Of a stretch of DNA of 64,000 bases, positions 53,662 through 64,000 are shown one piece after another. How positions within the stretch are numbered: position 1 is the first letter of the stretch; each line of letters starts with the position of its first letter. A program made the position numbers and the translations under genes. This DNA is from an uncultured Alphaproteobacteria bacterium (GTDB taxonomy: Bacteria; Pseudomonadota; Alphaproteobacteria; Rhizobiales; Hyphomicrobiaceae), in contig CAVRVK010000007.1 of NCBI GenBank assembly GCA_963724565.1, positions 308,160 to 372,159 of the forward strand, read 5' to 3'. Below the pieces are notes generated by a model that saw only the letters and a program-made list of their open reading frames with translations, searched no databases and had not been told where the DNA came from.

Positions 53662-53775
53662 CTGCCCTGCTGCGACCCGCAATTTGCGCCAGCCTGAACT
53701 GTGACGAAAAGCACAGCGCGCACCTGCTCGATGGCCGACACTGCGCCAGCCAAGGCGATCAAATCGAGCAGGTAC

Positions 53776-54054
53776 ATGCCACTTGCCCTCAAGTCGCGAG
53801 CCGTCAGCTTCGCATTCGGCGTCGGCTCGTTCTTCCTGTCGGACGGCAGCACCATCGTCCGCGTCGATGTCAGCAACGATCTGTTGGCGCGGCTCGCCGG
53901 CTCCGAGCCCCCGTCGAGGGCGGGCCTCATGGACCAGCTGGTTCGGCACAGGGCGCAGCTGACGCAGATCGCGGCTGCCAAGTACGACGAGGGAGAATAT
54001 CGTCCCGAGGTCAATGTGCTGGTCGTGCGCATCGACCCGCACGATGTGCTCTGA
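53776..54054 (+). CDS. DUF1488 family protein
   Basis: Within ORF 53701..54054; likely ATG 53776. VSFAFGVGS...IVRVDVSNDLLARL...KYDEGEY pattern recalled as DUF1488. Confidence 0.55.
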   Translation: MPLALKSRAVSFAFGVGSFFLSDGSTIVRVDVSNDLLARLAGSEPPSRAGLMDQLVRHRAQLTQIAAAKYDEGEYRPEVNVLVVRIDPHDVL

Positions 54055-54061
54055 GGCCGGC

Positions 54062-54724
54062 CTATCCCAGAACGATGTCGAACGTGCCGGCGAGACTGCC
54101 GGGCTCGATGGCTTCCGCCGGGTCCAGGCGCACGATCACGCTGTCGCGCTGGCGGCGATCGCCAATGCCGTTGAGCACGCCGTCGCGCGCGTTCTGCGGC
54201 TCGCCGAACACGTACATCTGCGTGACGAGCGGGCTCTTGGCCGGCGCCAGAACCTTGAAATGGATATGCGGCGTGCGCCCGGGATAGGGCACAGGGCGGA
54301 TGGTGCGGAAGCTGTAGCGGCCACCGCTGTCGCTCGTGGTTCTGCCACGGCCCTGAAAGGCAGCGTCGTGGCGCCGCGCGCCGCGCTCGTCCTGCGGATG
54401 GCGATAGATGCCGCGGGCATCGCATTGCCAGATTTCGACCACCGCGCCCGAGATCGGCTGGCCGGCAAGATCGAGGACGCGGCCCTGTACATGCGTGACG
54501 AGACCCATGGCCTTGGCTTGCTCGCCCTGCACCATGACCAGGTCGTTGTCGGCATCGCCCGACCAGTCGGTGGGATAAAACGGTCCCTCCGTCTGGCGGG
54601 GGGTACGGGGCAGGCGCTCTTGCGCCAGGGTCGACAGCGGCGATGCGAGCAACAGCCCCGCCGAGGCGGACGCGCCGACGATGAGCGCGCGGCGTCCGAT
54701 CCATGGTGTGCGAACGAGGGCCAT
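54062..54724 (-). CDS. intradiol ring-cleavage dioxygenase (protocatechuate 3,4-dioxygenase beta-like) with Tat-type signal
   Basis: Intact 220 aa. RRALIVGASASAGLLLA, TEGPFYP, VVEIWQCDARGIY, YPGRTPHIHF. Confidence 0.8.
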   Translation of the reverse strand: MALVRTPWIGRRALIVGASASAGLLLASPLSTLAQERLPRTPRQTEGPFYPTDWSGDADNDLVMVQGEQAKAMGLVTHVQGRVLDLAGQPISGAVVEIWQCDARGIYRHPQDERGARRHDAAFQGRGRTTSDSGGRYSFRTIRPVPYPGRTPHIHFKVLAPAKSPLVTQMYVFGEPQNARDGVLNGIGDRRQRDSVIVRLDPAEAIEPGSLAGTFDIVLG

Positions 54725-54864
54725 TGGTCTCTGCGTGGCTAAAGGTTGGCTTGTTGCAACCTAGCCAGCGTCCGGCCCGAAATGATGGCTGGGGGAACTG
54801 GACTTGGATGAACTCCTCGTGACCGCGCCATGCGCTGGCCACCGGATCGCTCAGGGGTACACGA

Positions 54865-54951
54865 TGGTGCGGACGGCGGGACTCGAACCCGCACGGGGTC
54901 GCCCCCTCAGGATTTTAAGTCCTGTGCGTCTACCAGTTTCGCCACGTCCGC
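54865..54951 (-). tRNA. tRNA-Leu (anticodon UAA), CCA encoded
   Basis: 87 nt: GCGGACG-TG-GCGAAACTGGTAGACGC-A-CAGGA-CTTAAAA-TCCTG-AGGGGGCGACCCCGTG-CGGGTTCGAGTCCCG-CCGTCCGC-ACCA. Cloverleaf with a long variable arm and anticodon loop CT-TAA-AA. Confidence 0.9.
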
Positions 54952-55202
54952 CAATCGGCCTGAGATGATCAGCTACAAGATCGATCTCCGACTTTGCCGA
55001 TTGCTTTCTACTTCTACTCAATGTCGAGGCGGTGCGCGAACTCCGGGATGACCATGATTCGCGCGGGACGCGAATCACAAGGCGCCGAGTTAGGACGGTA
55101 TTAACACTACCTCTGGTATTTGTGAGGGGCTTTCAGACTGGCCCCACCGGCATCGATGCGGCCGTAGTCTGTTGTATCGGTAAGTAATGGGGTAACGCGC
55201 AC

Positions 55203-56139
55203 ATGAGTAGCATCAATACCAACGTCGCAGCGATGACTGCGCTGCAGACGCTGACGCAGACCAACAAGTCGCTGACCGAGGTCCAGGGCCGCATCTCCAC
55301 GGGCTACCGGGTCTCCGACGCATCCGACAACGCCGCCTACTGGTCGATCGCCACGACCATGCGCTCCGACAACGCGGCGATGTCCACGGTGCAGGACGCT
55401 CTCGGCCTCGGCGCCGCGACCGTCGATGTCGCCTACACCGGCATCAACAGCGCCATCAAAGTGGTCGACCAGATCAAGAGCAAGCTGGTGGCAGCCCGCC
55501 AGCCCAGCGTCGACCGCGGCAAGATCCAGAGCGAAATCACGGAGCTGCAGGCGCAGCTGCGCGGCATCGCCGACTCCGCCACCTTCTCGGGTGAGAACTG
55601 GCTGTCGGTGGACTCCGGCGCTGCCACCTACAACGCCACCAAGAGCATCGTGTCCTCGTTCTCCCGTACTGCAGGCGCGGTTTCCATCGGAACCATCAAC
55701 ATCGACGTCGACGGCGCCAAGCTGTTCGATGCCGCCGACCAGTCGGGCATCCTGGACACTGCCAGCACAACCACCAACGGCGGCACCAGCTACTCTGTTG
55801 CCGGCTCCACCGACGCCCTCGACATCTCGGCCCTGACCGACAGCGACAACGACCTGGCGGACCTGGACGAGATCATCAGCACCGTGGACGGCGCGATTTC
55901 GTCCATGACCGACTCGGCCACCGCCATGGGCGCGGCCAAGGCGCGCATCGGCATCCAGCAGGACTTCGTCAAGAGCCTGATGGATGCGGTCAGCCGCGGC
56001 GTCGGCCAGCTGGTCGATGCGGACATGAACGAGGAGTTCGACCAAGCTGCAGGCCCTGCAGGTCAAGCAGCAGCTGGGCATTCAGTCGCTCAGCATCGCC
56101 AACACTTCGAGCCAGACGATCCTCTCGCTCTTCCGCTAA
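55203..56139 (+). pseudogene. flagellin, one frame switch near the 3' end
   Basis: MSSINTNVAAMTALQTLTQTNKSLTEVQGRISTGYRVSDASDNAAYWSIATTMRSD. C-terminal D0 ...[31 protein letters not shown] is reached after removing one t at ~56039. Confidence 0.85.
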
Positions 56140-56223
56140 GAAGCGCGGGCTCACGCAATACCCAGGCCGCGTCCCTCAGGGGCGCGGCCGTTTGCTTCTT
56201 GGCGGCGCCTATGACCGGCGCAG

Positions 56224-56445
56224 CTAGCGGCCGGACGTGGTGGCGCGACGCAACTGCTCCTTGAGCGCTTCAGAGGTCTGCTTCAGAGAGGCCGTCTGAT
56301 CGGCCTGCAGCTTCTGCGCCGTCTGCAGGTCCGGGAACGGCCCGTGAATGTTGACCGAGCGGGCTTCGATCTCCGTCCGCACGAAATAGCTGCCGCCGTC
56401 GTTGAAGGTGTCGACGTTGGTCTGGATCGTCGTCTTGTCGGTCAT
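56224..56445 (-). CDS. hypothetical small protein (73 aa)
   Basis: ATG 56445 within ORF 56224..56640: MTDKTTIQTNVDTFNDGGSYFVRTEIEARSVNIHGPFPDLQTAQKLQADQTASLKQTSEALKEQLRR.... The composition looks protein-like; no family recognised. Confidence 0.35.
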   Translation of the reverse strand: MTDKTTIQTNVDTFNDGGSYFVRTEIEARSVNIHGPFPDLQTAQKLQADQTASLKQTSEALKEQLRRATTSGR

Positions 56446-56554
56446 GCCACGTCCCCTACATCCCCTGCCTCGCAAGCGGGCAAGAGGCCACCAGAGGATT
56501 TTGCCGCAATCATGGCCGAGGCGCGTTCGAACCGCTTCGCGGTAGCCGCACACC

Positions 56555-57847
56555 TCACCCGGCGGGCTCGACGCGACGCATCCGGCCCGCCACGGCGCGC
56601 ACCTTGCGTGGCGCGGCTTGCCATATCGCCAGAATTGCAACCAGGCTCGCCGCTACGCCGATCCAAAAGGCCAGCGTGTAGCTGCCCCACGCGTCGAACA
56701 GAGCGCCGGTCGCCCACGGGCCCAGCGCGCCGCCGCAGATGGCAGCCAGCATCACCGTGCCGAAGATGGTGCCGTAGTGCTTGCCCTGGAAGATCTCGGC
56801 AACGATGGCGCCGAACACCGAGGTGACGCCATAGCCGAGCGCGCCCTGCGCGGCGACCATCAGGTAGAGCAGGCCGATGCTCGGAAAGTCCTCCAACAGC
56901 AGCAGCGTGAGGTAGCAGACGGCGAACCCGATCATGGCAACTGTCCACACCCACTCCCGGCCAATGCGGTCCGAGATGTGGCCGAGCGCGATCTGGCCCG
57001 GAATGCCGAGCAGGCTGACGAGGCCCAGCGCCCAGGCCGCAACGGTGGCGCTGAAACCGATCTCGATCAGATACTTGGTCTGATGCACCTGGACGGCGTA
57101 CCAGGCGTAGAGGCCGCAGAAGTAGCCGAGCGCGACCCACCAGAAGCGCCCCGTGCGCAGCGCGCGGCCGAGCGTCCAGTCCACCGCGGCCCAGGCGGGG
57201 TCCACCACGTTCGATGCTTGGGCGGCCGTCACGGGGCCGGTGTGCGCATCGCCGTCGGGCTGTAGCCCCATGTCCTCGGGGCGCTTGCGCAGAAGCAGAT
57301 TGATCGGTGCCAGCACGATCAGCACCAGCAGGCCCATGGACCAGCAGGCCGTCCGCCACCCGGCGCTCTCGATGACAAGCTGCAAGGCGGGCAGCAGCAG
57401 GATGGAGCCGACCCCAACGCCGGCAAAGGCGATGCCAGTAGCGAGGCCGCGGCGGCGCACGAACCAATTGGGCAGGAACAGCGATTGACCCGAGTAGCCG
57501 AGGCACACGCTGCCCGCGCCGACCAGCACGCCGAGCGTGGCATAGAGATGCCAGGGCTGGGTGGTGAGCGGCGCCAGCAGCAAGCCTGCGGCCATCAGCA
57601 CCACGCCCAGCTCCATGACGGCACGCGGGCCGACCCGGTCCATCATGCGGCCGAGCAGCGGGCTCATCACGGCGGAGACGAGGAAGCCGAACGAGAAGGC
57701 GCCGGCGGTTGTTGCCCGCTCCCAGCGGAACTCACCGAGGATCGGCGGGAACAATAGCGAGAAGGCCGTGCGTGCGTTGACGCCGATGCCCATCGACACG
57801 AAGACGACGGCAACGATCAGCCAGCCGTAGTAGAAGCGCAGGCGCAT
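56555..57847 (-). CDS. MFS transporter
   Basis: Intact from ATG 57847 (MRLRFYYGWLIVAVVFVSMG). 12 TM segments with a central loop. LGRMMDRVGPR motif-A-like. Confidence 0.8.
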   Translation of the reverse strand: MRLRFYYGWLIVAVVFVSMGIGVNARTAFSLLFPPILGEFRWERATTAGAFSFGFLVSAVMSPLLGRMMDRVGPRAVMELGVVLMAAGLLLAPLTTQPWHLYATLGVLVGAGSVCLGYSGQSLFLPNWFVRRRGLATGIAFAGVGVGSILLLPALQLVIESAGWRTACWSMGLLVLIVLAPINLLLRKRPEDMGLQPDGDAHTGPVTAAQASNVVDPAWAAVDWTLGRALRTGRFWWVALGYFCGLYAWYAVQVHQTKYLIEIGFSATVAAWALGLVSLLGIPGQIALGHISDRIGREWVWTVAMIGFAVCYLTLLLLEDFPSIGLLYLMVAAQGALGYGVTSVFGAIVAEIFQGKHYGTIFGTVMLAAICGGALGPWATGALFDAWGSYTLAFWIGVAASLVAILAIWQAAPRKVRAVAGRMRRVEPAG

Positions 57848-57900
57848 GGGGGGACAGACTTGGGTGAGAGACGATGCAGCGGTTGAGGGGATGTCGCGAG

Positions 57901-58503
57901 CTATAGCCCCTTCCCCTTCAGCCATCCATTACCTCGCGCGTAAAGCGCTTGCACCTCGGGGCCCTTGAGGCCCGGCATGTCGGTCTTCACCTTGAGTCCG
58001 ACCTGGGTCTGCAGGTAAGCCAGATGGCGGTAGCCTTCGGGGAAGCGCGCCAGCAATGCTGCGTCCAGGGAAAGCTTGGCCGAGGGGTCGACGGGATCCA
58101 TGCGATCCTTTTCGTAGATCGGCTGGCGCAGCACGATGCCCCAACGCCCGTCGCGCTTCTCCAGAAAATCGTAGAATCGGCCCGTACAGACGACGTCGAC
58201 AGAGCACGTCGTGGATGGTGGCGCGTTGCGCAATGGTCATCTTGGTCTGCGAGATGGCGCGGTTGCCCGCCAGGTCGGCCGAGTGGCCACCCAGGAAATG
58301 CAGGAAGCTCGACGCCTCTGTCGAATGCCTCCCGGCTCATCTTGATGAACTCGTCGGCGGTGCCCTGGAACCAGGTCGCCATCATGCGCCCGTCGTCGTG
58401 CCACACGGTGCGAAAGCGCTCCCAGTCGCCGGCATCGCGCCACACCACCCAGTTCTCGACGAGCGACGCGGATCGCCAGGCGATCCAACAGTTCCTGGTC
58501 CAT
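57901..58503 (-). pseudogene. nuclear transport factor 2 / SnoaL-like family protein, about 3 frame switches
   Basis: MDQELLDRLAI / ASLVENWVVWRDAGDWERFRTVWHDDGRMMATWFQGTADEFI / SFLHFLGGHSADLAGNRAISQTKMTI / VDVVCTGRFYDFLEKRDGRWGIVLRQPIYEKDRMDPV... Switches at ~58470, ~58315, ~58205. Confidence 0.55.
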
Positions 58504-58635
58504 GAGCCTTTCCTTGCCTGACGATGGGCTGCGAGGATAGTGCCCCGCTCTTGCTATCGCCAGCAGCGCAAAAACGAATGCCCCGGCCGCGGCCGGGGCA
58601 TCGTTGAATTTCTCGGGTCCGCCTCCAGGGCGGCG

Positions 58636-58891
58636 TCAGTGCACGCTGGCAATCTCCAGCTCGTCGCCCATCGCGTGGCCAACCGCTGCCTGGCGGCTGT
58701 CGGTCAGGACCAGCGGGGTGCCGTCGGCGGCATGCAGGGCGTAGAGGTCGATGCCGGTCGGGCAGACCTTCCACGGCCGGGAACAGCTCCTTTGCCTCGT
58801 CGTGGCTCATCACCTTGATGTAGGCGACCTTGCCGCCGCCGAGCTTGGCCAGATCGCTCATGCTCATGACAGGTGGGACTGGCGTCTCCAT
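58636..58891 (-). pseudogene. DUF1150 family protein, one frame switch
   Basis: METPVPPVMSMSDLAKLGGGKVAYIKVMSHDEAKELFPAVEGLP, then out of register ...GIDLYALHAADGTPLVLTDSRQAAVGHAMGDELEIASVH*. Lies downstream of hsp20, as is usual for DUF1150. Confidence 0.65.
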
Positions 58892-59078
58892 GCTGCCGCG
58901 CTTGGCGGCATTCCTGCTGCTCTTTTCCACGACGCTCACTCCTTCTCGATCGGGGAATTGCACTGCTTCCCCTTGGCTAGGCCGGCGCTGCACTGCACCA
59001 ACCCTGCAACTCCAGCTCAGGCTCCACTTCCCGCATCATCTTCCCGCGATTCGGCTTGCAAGACTGTGGCCGGAAGAC

Positions 59079-59527
59079 TCAGCCCTTCGACTTGCCGATC
59101 TCGATCTTGCGCACCGACCGCTCCGGCTCGCGCCGCGCCAGGTCGATGGACAGCAATCCGTCGCTGAGATCGGCCGATTTCACCTCGATGCCGTCGGCCA
59201 ACACGAACGTCCGGCTGAACTGGCGCGCGGCGATGCCGCGGTGGATGTACTGCCGGGACCTGTCGTCCTCCTGGCGGCCGCGGATGCTGAGCTGGTTGTC
59301 CTCGACCGTGATCTCGATCTGGTCGCGCTTGAAGCCGGCGACCGCCAGCGTGATGCGCAGCAGCTCGGCAGTGCCGGGCTGCCGTTCCGTTGCGCCTCGG
59401 CGCCGATGCGCTCGATGTTGTAGGGGGGATAGCCGTCGCCGCCGCCCTTGCCGACGCGGTCGATCAGCCGTTCCATGTCCTCAAAGCCCAGCAGCAGCGG
59501 GCTCGACAGCAGTGACATGCGCGTCAT
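59079..59527 (-). pseudogene. Hsp20/alpha-crystallin family small heat-shock protein, one frame switch
   Basis: MTRMSLLSSPLLLGFEDMERLIDRV...YPPYNIERIG, then after a register change ...LRITLAVAGFKRDQIEITVEDNQLSIRGRQEDD...YIHRGIAARQFSRTFVLADGIEV...LLSIDLAR... Confidence 0.8.
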
Positions 59528-59697
59528 CTGCAAAGCCCTCCTCGAAGCGGCCTTGGCCTGAACACCCTCGGCTGCTGCGGACCCGGCGTGGCCTCCGCCG
59601 CCCCAGCCCTGTAGCAGGCGCTGGTTGTGTTCGCCGCCAAGATATGGTGTTGAGCGGGGCAACTTCAAGGAACGGGCCAGGAACAGCGCGGGCGCGC

Positions 59698-60455
59698 ATG
59701 GCCGCACAGGCTGGCGACTGGGCGACGCTGGCCCTGATTCTGGCTGGCGCGCTGGCGGGCGGCTTCGTCAACGGCCTGACGGGCTTCGGCACGGCGCTGA
59801 CCGGGCCTGCCGCTGTGGCTGCAGGCGGTGGAGCCGCTGGTTGCGGCCCAGCTGGCCTCGGCCTGCTCCGTTGCTCGGCCACCTGACGACGCTGCCGACG
59901 ATCTGGCGGGCGGTCGACTGGCGCCGGCTGGCGCCCATGCTGGTTGCCGGCCTGCATCGGCGTGCCCGATCGGCACGTGGCTGCTGCCGCTGATCAGCCT
60001 GGCGCACGTTCAAGCTGGCCGTCGGCATGGTGCTGATCGTCTACTGCTCGTTCATGCTGTTCGCCGCCGGCCGCGTGCGGGCTGGCCGCCGGCGGGCGCG
60101 GCGCCGGAAGCCGTGGTGGGCTTCGGCGGCGGCATCCTCGGCGGCATTGCCGGTCTCTCCGGGCATGCTGCCGACCATCTATGCCGCGCTCAAGGGCTGG
60201 CCCAAGGACGAGCGGCGCGTCGTTCTTCCAGGCCTTCAACACGATGATCCTGACGGCCATGCTGGTGGCGAGCCTGGTGCAGGGCCTGGTGGGGATGGAC
60301 TTGCTGCTGGCGCTGGTCGTTGCCGTGCCCGGCACGCTGCTCGGCGCGTGGCTGGGGCTGGTCGTCTATCGCCGGCTCGACGACCGGCGCTTCGACCGCA
60401 TCGTGCTCTCGTGCTGCTGCTGTCGGGGCTCGGCCTGGTCTGGTCGAGCCGCTGA
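59698..60455 (+). pseudogene. sulfite exporter TauE/SafE (TSUP) family protein, about 8 frame switches
   Basis: MAAQAGDWATLALILAGALAGGFVNGLTGFGTALTG / EPLVAAQLASACSV / LGHLTTLPTIWRAVDWRRLAPMLVAGL / IGTWLLPLISLA / MVLIVYCSFMLFAAG / VVGFGGGILGGIAGLSG / MLPTIYAALKGW / FQAFNTMILTAMLV...VYRRLDDRRFDRIVL / LLLSGLGLVWSSR*. Confidence 0.75.
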
Positions 60456-60528
60456 GATGGCGTCATACTTCCGGTCGCCTTCGCCGGCAACAAGACCGGC
60501 CGATGCGAGTCAGGGCAGTGCAGCGCGT

Positions 60529-61197
60529 ATGTGCGAAGGACGTTCTGGTGCTCGTGGGCGACGCATTGCCGTGTCTGAGCTTGCAGTGCCCTCGCCCTGT
60601 TGCCCGCGACCGCGCCGGCGCAAGAGACCGAAGGACAGCCGGCCAGCGCGCCGGAGACCGAGGCAGGAGAAGAAGGAGCGCGAGGGCCGAAGGCAGTGCG
60701 CGGTCGCGCTCTGCTCCACCCTGCACAACAAGAAGCCCGCCGACGGCGAGGTGACCTGCAACGTGCAGAAGACCTGGCGCAAGGAGGCGCTGACCAAGAT
60801 CCTGTCGCGCGGCAAGGTGTCCTGGCCGTGGGGCGATGCCCGCTGCGCGACCGACCTCAAGTTCGACCGCGCCACTCTGGTCAAGGCGATGCAGGAGCCC
60901 GACTTCGAGGCGCAGTTCGACACCTACGACATCCGCTGCCAGATCGAGAACGACAAGGACAAGTACGACGTCACGACCCAGATCCGCCCCAAAGTCACCT
61001 TCAAGCAGGGAAAGGCGGTGAAGGCCAACCTGAACTGGGGCAAGATAGAAGCGCCGACGCTGGCCAAGAGCGCGCTGTGGTCGATCACGGCGGCCGACAA
61101 CACGTTCGGCCTGCTGCAGAGCATCGCCGTCGAGGACATCAACGAGTTCATCGCGACCAAGTGCATGGAGGTCAAGGACGAGTGGCAGGGCAAGTAG
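60529..61197 (+). pseudogene. hypothetical secreted protein, probably two compensating frame switches in the signal/linker region
   Basis: The C-terminal 165 aa are clean (CAVALCSTLHNKKPADGEVTCNVQKTWRKE...NEFIATKCMEVKDEWQGK*). The best signal/linker reading (ALALLPATAPAQETEGQPASAPETEAGEEGARGPK) lies in another register between ~60575 and ~60690. Start is uncertain (ATG 60503 or 60529). Confidence 0.4.
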
Positions 61198-61300
61198 CAT
61201 CGTCGTGCGCCGGCCCTTGCCCTGCAGGAAGCGCTCGGCAGGGCCACCGCGGGGTCGCGTTGCCGCTCTCGAGCATCGTGGAAGCCGAGGGGCGGGCGCC

Positions 61301-62348
61301 ATGAGCACGACGATGCTGCTGCTGCTCAGCGGCGTCCTGATCGGTGCCGGCGTCAGCCTGATCTGGCGCGACGTCCACAAGCGCCAGCGCGGCGACGTTC
61401 GTCGTTGCAGCGCGATCCGCAAGGCGGGATCGGAGGCGGAGCCCGAGGTCGAGATCACCGTCTCCCGCCGCGCCGAGCCCGCACTGAAGCGCCGCCGAGG
61501 CGCGCCGGCGGCGCGCAAGCCGCGCAACGTCGGCGCCGGCAGGCACGATGCCGACGCACCGCGACGCGCTGCCGCGCCCGATCGGCCGCCATCGCTCGCG
61601 CAGCAATGGGCCGCGCTGCAGCCCGCGATCGGCGCGGCGGTCGAGCAGGTCAACGCCGTGCTTGCCGGCGCCGGCGTCGCGATCGGGTCGCCGGGCGAGC
61701 CGTCCTGGAGCATCGAACAAGGCCTACGGCGCGCCATCGGCGCATTCTGATCGGCGGCGAGAGCGTCGGCTGGCTGCGCCTGCGAGTGCACCGCCGACGG
61801 CACGCTCAACGCGGCGGTCAAGGCCCACAAGGACGATCTGGCCGAGATCAACGCAGAGGCGAGCGCGCCGGCCGCGGGCGTGAGCACCGTGCGTGCCAGC
61901 GATCTGCTCTCCGAGTGCCTCAAACCATGCGCCGCCTACGCCATGCAGACGGGCGGCGGCGACGCCGAGCAGCGGGCGAGCGAACGCGCCTGGAAGGCCG
62001 TCGACGTCGTTGGTGATCGGCGCGCTGAAGGCGGGCAACGGCGCGCTCGCGCAGGCCGGCGCCCGCCTGTTGCCGCTGACGACGCCGGCATGGGACCCGG
62101 AGCTGCGGCATCACCGCATGACGGTGGCGGTGGAGGTGTTCGGCGACGACGTGGCGCGCATGCACATCGACCGGCTGGCAGAGGAGATGGAGGTGGCGGT
62201 CGGCGTGCCCGATGCGCATCTCGCCGATCTCGGCCGCCGCCGCCGGATAGCGGTGGAGGGCATGACCACGCATGCGCTGGCCGAGCTGATCGCCAGCTGC
62301 GCCTGGCCCTCGATCGAGCACCACCGTGAGATACGCCGGCCGGCGTGA
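61301..62348 (+). pseudogene. hypothetical membrane-anchored protein, about 3 frame switches
   Basis: ATG 61301 (MSTTMLLLLSGVLIGAGVSLIW, a TM helix). Later pieces GWLRLECTADGTLNAAVKAHKDDLAEINAEAS... and VIGALKAGNGALAQAGARLLPL...MTVAVEVFGDDVARMHIDRLAEEMEVAV...IEHHREIRRPA* are in different registers. No family recognised. Confidence 0.35.
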
Positions 62349-62360
62349 GGCGGCCGACGT

Positions 62361-63567
62361 TCAGCGCATGCGCCCTACGGCTTCGTGTGCGCCGAGCAGG
62401 GACGCATAAGACGCCCTGAGCGCCTGCTTCACGTGCGCCTCGGTGTAGCCCTGCAGCACCCGCAAGCGCGCCGCCTCGCCCAGCCGCTGCCGCAGGTCGG
62501 CATCGCGCGCCAGGCTCTCCAGCGCCTCGGCCAGAGCCGCCGCGTCGCCGCGCGGCACCACCAGACCTTCGACACCGTCGCGCACGAAGCTGCCGCCGCC
62601 GGCGCCCTCCGTGACGATCAGCGCGCGCCCGCTGGCGGCGGCTTCGAGCAGCGTGCGCGGGGTGCCCTGCCGGCCGATGGCCGGCAGCACGCAGAATCTC
62701 GGCGCGGCGCCAAACCTCGCGCACGTCGGCCGCCGGGCCAAGCAGGTGCACGCCCGGGCGCAGGCCCCACAGCGTCAGCTGCTCGGGCGAGATGGCGCCA
62801 GGGCCACCGCCTGCGCTCCCTTCCACCAGCTCGAGCCGGAGCCGCACGCCGCGCGCCCACACCCGGTCGAAGGCACGCATCAGGACTTCGACACCGCTGG
62901 AAGCCGTCAGCGCGCCGACGAAGGCGGCGACGGGCATCTCGCCCGAAGAGGGAGGCAGGACGGGGTAGGTGTCGGGATCGATGCCGCAGCCGCCGAGCAC
63001 GGAGAAGCGGGCGCCGGGGTCGACGCCCTGTGCACGCAGAGCCGTGAGATCGTCGGCGCTTTCCACCAGCAGGAACGCGGAAGGCCTGCCCGCCGTCGCG
63101 GCGATGAGCTTGTGCGCTGCCCGCCGATAGAGCCAGCCCCGCGCCCCGCGAGCCGAGGCCAGCGGGTCGATGTCCGGCAAGTGAACCACGGCGTGCTCGA
63201 CGGAGACGAGCTGCAAGGCGAGGCAGCCGAGCGCCGCCGCGCCGGCGCCGACGCAATGCACCACATCGGCGGCCTCGGCTTCGAGGATGCGGGCGAGGCT
63301 CCACGCCGCGCGCAGGTCCTCGACCGGATTGCGCCAGCGGGCGCTGGCATCGAAGTCGATGACCCTGACGCCCAGCGCCTCGACCTCGCCGAGCCGGCCC
63401 GTGGAACGGGCCATGACCACCACCTCGCGGCCGACCTCGCCGAGCACGCCGAGAAGAATGCGGCAATGGGAGAGAACGAAGCCGTCCTCGCCGGCGACCA
63501 GCACGACTTTGCGCACCTTTTGCGAGAAGGGCTCGCCGCGCGCTGCAAGGCCGGCCATGACGTTCAT
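62361..63567 (-). pseudogene. glycosyltransferase family 4 protein, one frame switch
   Basis: ORF 61936..63567 (N-terminal Rossmann half) joins ORF 62361..62741 near ~62700. C-terminal GT-B block PAIGRQGTPRTLLEAAASGRALIVTE...GLVVP. Confidence 0.75.
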
Positions 63568-64000
63568 CCCGGCGTCGCCCTATGCTTCGTGCGCCCGGTC
63601 GCGCCGACCCGAGAGCTAAGCAGATTCTCGTCGTTTGGCCCAACGCAAGCACGCCAGCAAAGGCTGTTATGCCCCGGAACTTGACGGGCGCACAGCGGAG
63701 GAAGTGTGCCGATTTTGTTCTCTAATTCCGGGATGGGCGTCAAGCTCTCCGCGATCATCCTTGCCGGGTCCACGGTTCTCTCCGCGGTAGGGGCAAGCCC
63801 TCCGCATGATGGCATAGGCTGACGCTGGCGGATCAATGTTGCAGACGCAGTACCCAAATCGAGCCTTGCGAAAAATCGGACGATCTCGCCACCGCCATCG
63901 TCCCGGCAGGGACATCTGACCCGCTCCTTGTGCGGGAACTCGGCTGCACTCCTCTGTTTAGGCAGCGGCCTTGTCGGCCGACCACTGGAAGTCGGTTCCA

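Noticed and set aside
55100-55202. Sigma-54 (TGGCCC...GC) or sigma-28 promoter upstream of the flagellin gene.
   Set aside because: The GG-to-GC spacing is 8 nt instead of 10, and no TAAA/GCCGATAA pair is present.
54865-55202. tRNA-Leu as the attachment site of an integrated element.
   Set aside because: There is no integrase, no repeat of the tRNA 3' end and no phage or conjugation genes anywhere in the window.
59528-59697. A ROSE-type RNA thermometer in the leader of the hsp20 gene. A TTGAAG-N18-TATCTT promoter-like pair and a roughly 110-nt leader are present.
   Set aside because: I found no U(U/C)GCU-type anti-SD strand pairing with the GGAGG region, and no conserved ROSE 3' hairpin. 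It cannot be supported without folding or covariance tools.
63568-64000. Possible small ORFs (for example MGVKLSAIILAGSTVLSAVGASPPHDGIG at ~63733), and the last 14 codons of a minus-strand gene ending at 63959.
   Set aside because: They are too short, lack ribosome-binding sites or are cut by the window edge. Nothing is identifiable.

Overview
High-GC alphaproteobacterial chromosome segment. A Bradyrhizobiaceae/Nitrobacteraceae-like origin is suggested by the REP families, the divergent acnA / ccmABCDG arrangement and an alpha-type GTTC-N7-GTTC SOS box; this taxonomic guess is from memory, not a search.

Gene content, left to right:
- MetE-like methyltransferase (partial), acyltransferase, DUF4337, FAH hydrolase
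- TAXI-TRAP transporter
- korAB with a GltD-like/ferredoxin oxidoreductase
- GMC oxidoreductase
- beta-oxidation-like cluster: SDR, acyl-CoA ligase, thiolase, two acyl-CoA dehydrogenases, epoxide hydrolase
- rsmB, htpX
- a lower-GC islet (25.1-28.6 kb): SRAP gene, SOS box, Cys4 mini-protein, large orphan lipoprotein, and two unannotated paralogous secreted-peptide genes
- FMN glutamate-synthase-like protein, PAS-GGDEF-EAL protein, patatin, M48 peptidase, extensin-like protein
- rearranged aromatic cassette: hydroxyquinol dioxygenase, cytochrome b561, orphan DctP, HpaB-family oxygenase, plus fused gene remnants
- DUF1223, acnA, ccmABCDG, two hydrolases
- copper cluster: DUF2946, outer-membrane barrel, copC, copD
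- tRNA-Leu(UAA), a lone flagellin gene, MFS transporter, Hsp20-DUF1150 pair, TauE/SafE exporter, GT4 glycosyltransferase

The dominant technical feature is roughly 90 single-base frame switches (hand count) in about 30 conserved genes. They are clustered in blocks and separated by multi-kb clean stretches. These genes are typed pseudogene because the frame is broken as given, but assembly indels are the more likely cause.

No CRISPR array, rRNA, transposase or integrase was seen. The best candidate for something undescribed is the twin 40/41-aa secreted-peptide cassettes bracketing the SOS-box module.
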